A DNA stretch of 52,098 bases, the filler included, from Stramenopiles sp. TOSAG23-6 (taxonomy: Eukaryota): assembly GCA_900128565.1 (NCBI GenBank). It is 2 parts of 2 records of this genome, joined end to end, with 100 filler letters (N's around TTAATTAATTAA, not from the genome) between each part and the next. Parts side by side here need not be neighbours in the genome. Positions count along the whole stretch, not along the records: positions 26,115 to 52,098 come from LT635989.1; 1 more part is not named here. The stretch is one strand, 5' to 3'. The position numbers were made by a program, and so were the translations under genes. Position 1 is the stretch's first letter; each line of letters opens with the position of its first letter. Below, piece after piece: positions 32,101 through 40,839 of the stretch. The notes beneath the pieces were generated by a model. That model made no database searches, was not told the DNA's origin, and saw only the letters and a program-made list of their open reading frames with translations.

Positions 32101-35100
32101 AAAGATTACATAATAAATTTTGGAAAATCATAAAAATCAATTCGTGGATCAATAAATATGAGAGTCCGGGGACACAAGAAAGCAAATCCGGTGAAACTTT
32201 GCAGTCTCAAAAATCAAAACGTGCCCATCCGAAGCAATCACTTCCCATATCTCAGAAGAAGGAGGCAAGTAAAAAAGACAAAAACAGTGGTGAGAAAACG
32301 CAACAACTAAAACCAAATACGAAGCAATCATTTCCCAAATCTCAGAAGAAGGAGGCAAGTAAAAAAGACAAAAACAGTGTTGAGAAAACGCAACAACTAA
32401 AACCAAATGCAACTGAACAACAGTCGCTAGAATTAATGTGGCAATCAGTCAATGATCAACTACCAAACGAACGATTTAGCTGGGAGCAACAGAAAGCAAC
32501 AGTTGAAGCAAAGGAAGTAAAAGACAGTCTGTCTATAACTTTAAGTAATGGTATTGCTAATGATATTCCAATGCAAGCCATGGGGGGTACTGCGTCTGCC
32601 GCAAGAGCCGATGATGAACATATTGATTCTGCAGCCAATGCTGAACATATTGATCATAAAGTACAGGAGTTGTATGAAACAACACTTGGGTCACCCGTTG
32701 CAAAGATTGTCAAAGGAAATGGAGGAGGAGGAGGTGGTAGTACCAGTTTAAGCAGGCGACAAAGAAAGAAGAAAAATAAAAGAGAAATGCAACGTTATAA
32801 AACAATCTTGAAAAATACTCGTGTTGAGTATAGAAATCCTGTGGCGAAATGGATAGAAACTGCAGGAAAAACAGAATTGAAACAATTTGCAAACATTGTG
32901 CAAAATATTTATTACCCAAATCGCAATCATAAGAAAATATTACAAGGCTATAAGGGTGAGTATGGTAACTTTGTGATAGAAGCTCGTCTGGATAAAGCTG
33001 CACGTGTTTTATTTGAGCTACGAGGAAAGGATGATGATGGACATGTAAATCCGGCAGTCATTCATCGAGTTGTATTAGATCATGACGATGTACCACACTA
33101 TGCTAGTCAAATTGCGCATAATCTTAGTTCTCCAGATATGATATCAATGGATGCAGAATCAAAGGGAGCAGAAGAGGCAAAAGAATCTAAAGAAGTTGCA
33201 TCAGATATGAAATTTCGGAAAAATGCAGGCGCTGTGAAACGATTTTTCTTTGAACCTAATGAAGACTTTGAATGGTTACATCAGGATAAGAGAGCAATGG
33301 ATCGCTATCAACAGTTAGAAGATACACAAAATAAGCTGGTGCAGATGAATGGATATCTAGCGATTCAAGGCCGAAGTGGTACAGGTAAGTCTATTGTGTT
33401 ATTACATCGAATGCTACGCTGGCATTATTATCAACAAGGAGAAGTTGAAGCTAACGAAACGAAACGCGTGTATACTCAAGTATATATTGCAAAATCGAAA
33501 CTTCTTACAGATGCAATAAAGAATAAAGTATCACCTGATGAGTGTGATGCAAAATATGCGAAAATGAAGTTTTTACCACTTGTTGTTTCTAAGGCAAATC
33601 CTGAATTTACTACACTACTAGTATATTTAGAGAATGAGACAAAGCCTTTAGACCATGAGCCTGAGCGTGTGTTTTCAGAGGATATGCGTGTTGATTTCAT
33701 ATTGTTCAAGAAATGGTATGATGGGGAGCACGGATTTAAACCAATCCAAAGGCGAAGTAAGCTTACATTCTCTGCACTAACAGTGTGGACACAAATACAA
33801 TCCATTATCAAAGGTTCTTTACAAGCATTTAAGAGTGGTAAGCCATTGACTAGAGAAGAATATTTGGCATATAATGGACGCAAAGTACCGTTTAAAAAAG
33901 AGGAGCGAGAGGTGATCTATGCTGTATATGAACGTAGTCAAAAATCATATGGCCTCAACAAATATGATAATGGTGATCGTGTTTTACAATTAGCTCGGAG
34001 GCTTAATAGAAAAGATACTGGATGGAAAAGTGGAATACATCCTTTTGATCGTGTTTATGTAGATGAAGTGCAAGATTTAACTCCAGCTGAACTTGCATTA
34101 ATTTTTATGGCTGTTGGTGAGAATCCAAAAGCAGTTACTGTAGCAGGTGATGTAGCCCAACAAGTCACTGCCGGTGTAGAGTTTAAATTTAGTGATGTTC
34201 TGACAGTAATGAATATGCATAAAATAAACCCTGCATTTCGTAAACAAAAGGAAACTTTTAGAGCAGACGCAAAAATATTGACTGAAAACTTCCGTACACA
34301 TCAAGGTGTGCTCAAACTAGCAAACTATTTTATTAATCTTCTCAGAAAGGACTTTTATTTAGAAAATGCACTTGAAGAACATAGTAAAAATATGGGGCCT
34401 CCTCCAGCGACATGGGTAACTACTATTGAGCAACTTTTGGTAGAGTTGGGTGAGAAATCTAGTGCATTGTTGCTTTTCATAGATGATACTTCAAAACAAG
34501 CATTCCGTCAGTCGAAAGCATTTCAAAAACTAATGGAAAAAAAACAGCAAACAATACTTATGTTTACAGTTGTCGAAGCAAAAGGTCTTGAATGGGAACA
34601 TGTTGTTCTTGTTAATTTCTTTTCAACGCCGAATATGAGATGGAATACAAAGCATATTTCAAAGGACCCCGATACTAAACATTTGTTAAAATTGATTTAC
34701 ACGGGAATAACACGATGTCAGAGTCGTCTTTTTATCGTCGAAACTAATCCATTCAAAGGTTCTCACCCAGCACTCGGTAAAATAAAAGACTCAACTCAAG
34801 TGTATCATCAAACGTGTGAAGCACCAAAACTAGCATTAAACCAATTGCAATTGAACCAATTTGGTATGATTAAACAAGGTTTTATGTTGGTATCAATGGC
34901 ACTTAATGGCGAAGGCGATCAATACCAGTTTTTGTCACAAGCTGCAAATGCATTTGCATTAGCAAATAGGGAGGACTTAGCTGAAAGAGCTATTGCAACT
35001 AACTATTGTATGAATAGCTCTCTTGCATTTCGAAATGAGGAAAAACTTGTATTATTTGTAAGTAATTGTATTAAATGTGGAATGTATAGTAAAGCAAAGC

Positions 35101-35177
35101 AAGAGGTGGTCAAGTGGTATAGTAAAAATCCTCTTCATATTGATTATTTGAAAGCAATAGAAGAAAAAATTCAATAA
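29145..35177 (+). CDS. Ankyrin-repeat protein with a RelE/ParE-like segment and a UvrD-like SF1 helicase (TRANK1-like)
   Basis: About 25 TPLYIAS..GH repeats; GRSGTGKS, YVDEVQD, AGDVAQQ, LTENFRTH, TVVEAKGLEW, YTGITR. Confidence 0.88.
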   Translation: MKRLLLSILLIALLCTTAEAGKKRRRKKATSLYEAAKNGYVGVVRQLLKAENINVNLASIDGVTPLYIASQYGHAGIVAQLITAGADVDKATNKGATPLYIASQNGHENVVEKLLALGADVDKAGRLGKTPLYIASEYGHPGVVAQLIAADADVDKTDLREFTPLHVASHNGHAGVVEQLITAEADVNRARAGFTPLMSAAREGHAGVVAQLIAAGANVHEARNGVTPLIFASASGNVEVVQLVLDAGADVHHADKNGATPLYAAASLKVHEEVGARLIASEKGNVGVVQLLLDAGADVNHAAENGTTPLYIASKEGKDEVVVQLITAGADVNQADNDGITPLSIALAKGHEGVVKELLEAKADVNQANKDRETPLHIASWSGHAGEVVQLITAGADVNHANKTGATALYMASLNGHDKVIELLLKADNIDVNKADQDGDTPLIAASRNGHAVVLGLLIGAGAATDVNQPNKKGATPLYIASQENKVEVIEKLIEAKAYVNFADNDGATPLYIASHNGHVGVIRQLLKAENINVNLASIDGVTPLYIASQYGHAGVVAQLLNKEADVNKTMKGEFTPLYVASEYGHVGVVRLLLDKGAGINHADHQGITPLYIASQNGRVGVVGVLLEKHADVNQATDDGCTPLHVASAHGYVGIVEELIAADAVVNQTTKSEVTPLFVASENGHDKVVTQLITAGADVNQVENTGGTPLFIASKYGRVGVVELLIKAGANVNTAKKYGETALLIASQNGHAGVVKLLIDAGADVNQAAAGEYTPLYVASHKGCAGVVGLLIGAGADVNQPNKKGVTPLYIASQENKVEVIKKLIEANACVNFADNFGSTPLLIASQKGHVGVVKSLLKSDDIDINQANEDGYTPLMIASAKGNGKIEKLLKLRGLQPLFDAFDKVGIPSARILSNKNPKLVQAFSELNTLNDIIEGTFTALENLCGSMDSMNVVAIKNENKKIWTSFMEAYETKPKYKDFTKLSKRLHNKFWKIIKINSWINKYESPGTQESKSGETLQSQKSKRAHPKQSLPISQKKEASKKDKNSGEKTQQLKPNTKQSFPKSQKKEASKKDKNSVEKTQQLKPNATEQQSLELMWQSVNDQLPNERFSWEQQKATVEAKEVKDSLSITLSNGIANDIPMQAMGGTASAARADDEHIDSAANAEHIDHKVQELYETTLGSPVAKIVKGNGGGGGGSTSLSRRQRKKKNKREMQRYKTILKNTRVEYRNPVAKWIETAGKTELKQFANIVQNIYYPNRNHKKILQGYKGEYGNFVIEARLDKAARVLFELRGKDDDGHVNPAVIHRVVLDHDDVPHYASQIAHNLSSPDMISMDAESKGAEEAKESKEVASDMKFRKNAGAVKRFFFEPNEDFEWLHQDKRAMDRYQQLEDTQNKLVQMNGYLAIQGRSGTGKSIVLLHRMLRWHYYQQGEVEANETKRVYTQVYIAKSKLLTDAIKNKVSPDECDAKYAKMKFLPLVVSKANPEFTTLLVYLENETKPLDHEPERVFSEDMRVDFILFKKWYDGEHGFKPIQRRSKLTFSALTVWTQIQSIIKGSLQAFKSGKPLTREEYLAYNGRKVPFKKEEREVIYAVYERSQKSYGLNKYDNGDRVLQLARRLNRKDTGWKSGIHPFDRVYVDEVQDLTPAELALIFMAVGENPKAVTVAGDVAQQVTAGVEFKFSDVLTVMNMHKINPAFRKQKETFRADAKILTENFRTHQGVLKLANYFINLLRKDFYLENALEEHSKNMGPPPATWVTTIEQLLVELGEKSSALLLFIDDTSKQAFRQSKAFQKLMEKKQQTILMFTVVEAKGLEWEHVVLVNFFSTPNMRWNTKHISKDPDTKHLLKLIYTGITRCQSRLFIVETNPFKGSHPALGKIKDSTQVYHQTCEAPKLALNQLQLNQFGMIKQGFMLVSMALNGEGDQYQFLSQAANAFALANREDLAERAIATNYCMNSSLAFRNEEKLVLFVSNCIKCGMYSKAKQEVVKWYSKNPLHIDYLKAIEEKIQ
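29230..31820 (+). repeat. Ankyrin repeat array (about 99-bp units)
   Basis: Recurring accccattgtatattgcttca. Confidence 0.95.
32231..32409 (+). repeat. 90-bp coding tandem duplication
   Basis: gaagcaatca...ctcagaagaaggaggcaagtaaaaaagacaaaaacagt...aaaccaaat occurs twice. Confidence 0.9.
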
Positions 35178-35455
35178 ACTATTTTTGTATGAAAAAATTT
35201 ATTGAGAGATATTGTAAATATAAAAAACTTGATATACAAATAACTAACTATAACATTGGTGGTGGAATTTGAAATTATTATATTTATTTTAAGATGGAAA
35301 AAAACTAAAAACATGAAAACTCAATAACTAACTATGACTTTGGTGGTGGAATGGTAAAAACTTCCTTTGACTCTTCAACATTGAAAAAAATAATTATTTC
35401 ATCTATTTGTTTTTGTTTGACGTTGTTTTACACTAAAAAATATGAAAGTAATATC

Positions 35456-36583
35456 TCATTTTGTTGTTCTTTTCAAACACTCGTTCTTGTGTGTAATCTT
35501 CCAATGTATTTTCTGACACTTTTTTGAACAATATGTCGCACAGTTACACCGACTACAAAGAAGCATTTTATAATGTGTACCCTCTTTACCACAAGTAAAA
35601 CATGTTGATTTGCTGTATTTAATTATTAATCTCTTTACCTCATCATCTTCTACATCTTTTATCTGCTTTTTGGCCTTTGCATTCCACTTTGATGCAGTTT
35701 TCAAACATTTAGTGACACCACGACCATGATAATAGCAGCAACCAAGCATACATTGTGCAGTACTATCACCAGCATTCGCAGATTTAGTATACCACTTAAA
35801 AGCTTCTTTTTTGTCTACAGCAACACCATCACCATCTAAATAGCAATAACCAAGATGATTTTGTGCATAACTATTACCAGCATTTGCAGATTTAGTATAC
35901 CACTTGAAAGCTTCTTCTTTATCTATAGCAACACCAACACCATTATCATAGCAGACACCAAGATTCTTTTGTGCACTACTATTACCAGCATTCGCAGATT
36001 TAGTATACCACTTGAAAGCTTCTTCTTTATCTATAGCAACACCAACACCATTACCATAGCAACAACCAAGAGTATATTGTGCGTAACTATCACCAGCATT
36101 AGCAGATTTAGTAAACCACTTGAAAGCTTCTTTTTTGTCTACAGCAACACCATCACCATTAAAATAGCAATAACCAAGACTGCATTGTGCTACACTATCA
36201 CCTGCATTCGCAGATTTAGTATACCATTTGAAAGCTTCTTCTTTGTCTTCAGCAACACCATCACCATTATCATAGCAATTACCAAGTTGATTTTGTGCAG
36301 TAATATTACCAGCATTTGCAGATTTAGTATACCACTTGAAAGCTTCTTCTTTGTCTTCAGCAACACCATCACCATTTTCATAGCAATAACCAAGATGATT
36401 TTGTCCATTGCTATTGCCAGCATTCGCAGATTTAGTAAACCACTTGAAAGCTTCTTTTTTATCTTCAGCAACACCATCACCATAAAAATAGCAACAACCA
36501 AGACTGTTTTGTGCGGCACTATTACCTGTATTAGCAGATTTAGTATACCGCTTGAAAGCTTCTTGTTTGTCTTTTGCGCCCAT
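35456..36583 (-). CDS. Sel1-like repeat protein with a C-terminal MYND zinc finger
   Basis: About 8 repeats of 36 aa (AQ..LG.CY..G.GV..DK.EAFKWYTKSA); CFTC...CSRC....YCSKKCQKIHW..HK..C. Confidence 0.92.
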   Translation of the reverse strand: MGAKDKQEAFKRYTKSANTGNSAAQNSLGCCYFYGDGVAEDKKEAFKWFTKSANAGNSNGQNHLGYCYENGDGVAEDKEEAFKWYTKSANAGNITAQNQLGNCYDNGDGVAEDKEEAFKWYTKSANAGDSVAQCSLGYCYFNGDGVAVDKKEAFKWFTKSANAGDSYAQYTLGCCYGNGVGVAIDKEEAFKWYTKSANAGNSSAQKNLGVCYDNGVGVAIDKEEAFKWYTKSANAGNSYAQNHLGYCYLDGDGVAVDKKEAFKWYTKSANAGDSTAQCMLGCCYYHGRGVTKCLKTASKWNAKAKKQIKDVEDDEVKRLIIKYSKSTCFTCGKEGTHYKMLLCSRCNCATYCSKKCQKIHWKITHKNECLKRTTK

Positions 36584-36807
36584 CTTGAAGATACTCTGAT
36601 ACTCTCTCTCTCTCTCTCTCTCTCGCTTGGATGCTAAACACTGAACAACGTAACGAATGTTTAGTTGTAGTTAGTGCTTTTGTCTTTCGCGCCCATCTTG
36701 AAGATACTCTGATACTCTCTCTCTGATACTCTCTCTCTCTCTCTCTCTCTCCCTTGGATGCTAAACACTGAACAACGTAACGAATGTTTCGTTGTACGTA
36801 GTTAGTG
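36566..36807. repeat. Tandem duplication (units of about 112 and 130 bp) spanning the Sel1 start codon and a (CT)n microsatellite
   Basis: gcgcccatcttgaagatactctgatactctct...cttggatgctaaacactgaacaacgtaacgaatgttt occurs twice. Confidence 0.9.
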
Positions 36808-37087
36808 TTTACTTATGATTATTAAGTTAACACAAAGCCAATCGATCCAATGTCATATCGGTTGGCCGAATTCTGTCACATCAGGATGTGCGGTCAGAAA
36901 AAAAAAATTAAAACCTCCGTCGATTGCTGTCCGGTAATTCCGGTCGAAATTCAACGTATCATCAGTTACAAAGTTCTTGTCCCCTAATATGATACTCCAA
37001 CACAAAGGATATATCATTGACATAATTATTCACTTTCATCCAACCGAACTTCAGACACGTACAATAGCAAAATCCAAATAGAAGAAG

Positions 37088-38776
37088 ATGCTTCAATTCT
37101 CGGAGTATTTACGCGATCCTAATCATAGGAAAAGTAAAGGACGAGGAAGTCTTCGCTCTTCTAAGCCTACTGGAGTCGGAAATGTTTTGGGCGGACAAGC
37201 ATCATTGTCTTCACTCAGTAAACCTCCATCAAGAAGTGGAGCTTTACTCGCGAAACGTTATGAGGAACTTAAAAGAGAAAACATGGCACAGCTAACTTTG
37301 AATCAAGTTGATAAAAATAGAGCTTTTACTTCTGAGCTCACTCCATTTGTAGAGAAAGCTATTGATAATCCACAAAGTCTTCCAGACCATGAAGAAGTGA
37401 AACCAAACCCACTGTCACCAAAAGTCCGACAAGCTGCGAGTGCCTCACGTTTCCGAAATGTATCAAGTACACTCAATAATAAACAAGATATGCCTCTAGA
37501 TCATCAATATGAAACAGAAACCGAAAAGGTTTTTAGATATTCAAACGAAAAAAGAGATCAAGTAAGTCCTCGGAACTTGCAATACAAGCCTACAAGAGGT
37601 CGTAGGGCCGTTCGTATATCAGACACAGAAGAAAAACGTCTAAATTCTAAAGCCAAAAGTATGGCAATGTCTGGAAATGAACCTCTTGAATCTTTGCATA
37701 TTCCAAATCGGCTGAGCATGCGAGGAGGAACTCTGTACAGAGGAGGTAAGAAATTAAACATCATTGGTCAAAACAAAAAAAATAATTTACCGCCGTTTGC
37801 TGTGGATTATTATGAAAATGCCGATGATATCGACGACGAAACGATACAATTTTCTGCAGTGGAGAAGCAACATCAGGTAAATGGAAAATATAAAAACGTT
37901 GTTGATAGCATAATTCCTGGTATAACTATGCAAAAACCATTTGGTACAGATATTGACATTCAAAAAAATCTTTCAAGTGTTCCAATATGGCAAAGTAAGG
38001 TACGAAAATATCGACAAATATATAAACCTTCTGATAACATTAAAATTGGTGCTGGTGTTTCAATAAGAAATGATGCTATAGATGCTACCACAGAAGCATC
38101 AAATAGAGGTTTAGGTCGTGGTGGCGTGATTGCTTCTAAATTATCCCGCGATCACGTCGGTCGTATATTGAATGAAAATTTATTAAATGATGCAATCAAC
38201 GACAGTACTCAAAATAGAACTGATGAAATTGAAATATCTTTAGTTCCACCTTTACCTAGACTAAAGCAACGCCCACAACTAAACCCATTGGATAGAAAAA
38301 CTGCACTAGAACAACAAATTGAAGAAAAACGAATTAGGAAAGAAAAGATGAAACGCTTGGAGAAAGCTAAGGATATTGAAGATGAGACAAGAGCCGAAGA
38401 ACAACGCAAAGCAGAAACATTACAATATATGGAAGAACTCAAGGCTAATGGACAATTTGGAAGACTACGAAAAGTTAGAAGTGAAATAGTAGGACAAATG
38501 AAAAAAGATCTTTCACTTTCAAAGAAACGCTCAACAGCTTTACGACAAATGAACAATCAAGGAACTCAAGGATGGGAATTCTTCCAAAAAGAATCAAAAC
38601 CTTTTCGAACAGGAAAACGATTGGCTCATGCAGGTAGAGCATATACTCGAAGTCAAGTTAATTTACATAATACCAATACTACTACAGGTGGCTCCAGTGA
38701 TTATTTTCTACGACGTGAGATGGGAAATTTCCACGTAAATAATAGGCAAGGACAACTATATCGCCGAAAAAGATGA
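37088..38776 (+). CDS. Hypothetical protein with a CCDC66/CSPP1-like coiled coil
   Basis: 562-aa ORF; ALEQQIEEKRIRKEK..E...D..DE.R segment. Confidence 0.6.
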   Translation: MLQFSEYLRDPNHRKSKGRGSLRSSKPTGVGNVLGGQASLSSLSKPPSRSGALLAKRYEELKRENMAQLTLNQVDKNRAFTSELTPFVEKAIDNPQSLPDHEEVKPNPLSPKVRQAASASRFRNVSSTLNNKQDMPLDHQYETETEKVFRYSNEKRDQVSPRNLQYKPTRGRRAVRISDTEEKRLNSKAKSMAMSGNEPLESLHIPNRLSMRGGTLYRGGKKLNIIGQNKKNNLPPFAVDYYENADDIDDETIQFSAVEKQHQVNGKYKNVVDSIIPGITMQKPFGTDIDIQKNLSSVPIWQSKVRKYRQIYKPSDNIKIGAGVSIRNDAIDATTEASNRGLGRGGVIASKLSRDHVGRILNENLLNDAINDSTQNRTDEIEISLVPPLPRLKQRPQLNPLDRKTALEQQIEEKRIRKEKMKRLEKAKDIEDETRAEEQRKAETLQYMEELKANGQFGRLRKVRSEIVGQMKKDLSLSKKRSTALRQMNNQGTQGWEFFQKESKPFRTGKRLAHAGRAYTRSQVNLHNTNTTTGGSSDYFLRREMGNFHVNNRQGQLYRRKR

Positions 38777-38872
38777 TGAGGTATTTATGATAATGAAAAG
38801 TAATTAATAAAAATAAAACAACAATGTATTTGGTTACAGTTTACAGAAAATTTATAATATATTTAAATATCA

Positions 38873-40517
38873 TTAGATATCTACAATTTTACACAAATCA
38901 TCAATATTATAACGAGGCATAGTTTTACTATCTTTCTTTTGATGAATATTCCAAATACATTGAGTGATTAATTTTGTCATTGCCATGTCTACAGAGTCAT
39001 ACATTTTTTTACATTTACTATAATCTATGTTTATACTTTCTTCTTTGTCAAACTCTGTGAGTTTATTGTTTTCAACAGTATCATTAAACTGTTTTATCGC
39101 GGTATAAAAATCTTTTTTAGATCCAAAATGGCCGAAACCAAAACCATAACGATTTATTCCAACCATTCTTAGTGTTTGTTTCAACGAATTTTTATCATTA
39201 TTTCGTTGATTCTTCTGAGCTTTACATGAATGTCTCATGAAAATCCGACCCCATTTACATGTGCTAGGTGGAATATCTACTATACTTTCCTTACATTTTT
39301 GGAATGATTTTTTATCATGTTTCAGAGTGAAATTGCCTGCATTTTTGTCATTGTACAAAATCGAGGACTTTCTTGTAGTTGACATATTTGTATTGATCAT
39401 AGTTTTTATATTTGAAGTTTTCGTTTGATTACATACAAATGCATCTATAGAATTCAAAGTTTTCTTTTCTTTTACTCTACATATTTTGTGAAAAAATATT
39501 TTTTTTTATACAATTTGTTAGGTACGAAATTTCGTACGAAAAAATAATTGAAAAAAAAAATCTATCTGTAAAGTACTAACAAATTCAGAGGAGAGACAAG
39601 TTGTCCCTTTGAGCTTTTGAACTGTTGTCCTAAACCAATGAATAATACTGTATATATGTATTGTGAAAACAAATTTCAAAAAAAAATGTTTTTTTGTTAG
39701 GTACAAAATTTGGTACAAAAAAAATAAAATAGAAATTTGTAAAATGTACAATAAAAATCGATAAAAAGAAGTTCCCTACAGTTGTATGACGTAGCCAATG
39801 TCTTGTTTCAAGTATGCTCCATGATGTATTATTATGCAAATTGTTACTCCTAGATACATCTTGGTTAACAACGAAATCTCCAACAATTATGCCGTGGTTA
39901 CAGCCTACTTGAAACTCTACACCTTCTACTGGCTGTATATGGCTACATATGACTCTATCAGAGTGAGTTGAAGCAATATTATCTCTAATTTTTAACCGAT
40001 ACCAAGTATTTGGTTTGAGGGTTATAGTATTCAAGTTACTTAACTTTGTCAAATCAAAGAGTATACTTTGGGGATTTACATGATCATCATTAGAGATAGT
40101 AGTACTATCTACACCATTTTTACACACATTCTTTGGAAAAGTATTCTTTAAAGGGAAACTTGATAAAGACGATAAAGACGGACTAGTCGTACAACTATTA
40201 ATTTGATAGTAACTATATAAGTTAGGTATGACATGAATATTTTCAAGAATGAGACCACAAGAAACAACCTGATCATCTAATAGTCCACTGATTCTAAATA
40301 AAGATGTTGTTCTTCGAGGAAATGGTTCACCATATTTACACGAAGTCATAATATCTACAAAGTAATAATAAGAAGACAGTTTTGTTGTTGGACTTTTTTT
40401 TGTGCTAGCATTACAATTACAAAGCTTATTTTTGTTATCGGGATGACAGGTTGTATTTTTCAAATTAATGGGAAGACGATCTTCATCATCCAGCGACTCG
40501 GAAAGTTGCAAAGACAT
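38873..40517 (-). CDS. Hypothetical single-pass membrane protein; exons 40517-39750, 39655-39577, 39480-38873
   Basis: Three ORF fragments join in frame after removing two repeat introns; the first junction completes the hydrophobic segment FFLSIFI-IYSIIHWF. Confidence 0.7.
39481..39576 (-). other. GT-AT intron (96 nt)
   Basis: GTACTTT...GTACGAAATTTCGTACCTAAC...TTCACAAAATAT. Confidence 0.75.
39656..39749 (-). other. GT-AT intron (94 nt)
   Basis: GTACATTTT...GTACCTAAC...TTCACAATACAT; removal corrects the frame. Confidence 0.8.
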
Positions 40518-40839
40518 CGGAAAATGATAATATCGAACTTTGTTTTACCATCTCATGATGATGCAACACACGAGAGAAAGAATCTCTGTGTATGACAGTC
40601 CGGTTTTTTGATTGATGAAAAATAATATCCGAACTTCAAGTTCGGACAGGTTTGTCAGAATTCGATTTTTCAATTATTATGTATGCGCATTTTCCCCCAT
40701 GCTTTTGATTTCATCTGATGAAATCAAACTCAAAATCTGAATATCAAAGAAAAGTATATCATCATGAGAGTTAGAGTTTTTTTATTATCAACAGTAATTA
40801 ATAATGAATTACTTGAATAAGTCAACTGCTTAAATTCTC

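Noticed and set aside
35855-36637. 260-aa ORF on the + strand
   Set aside because: Antisense shadow of the Sel1 repeats.
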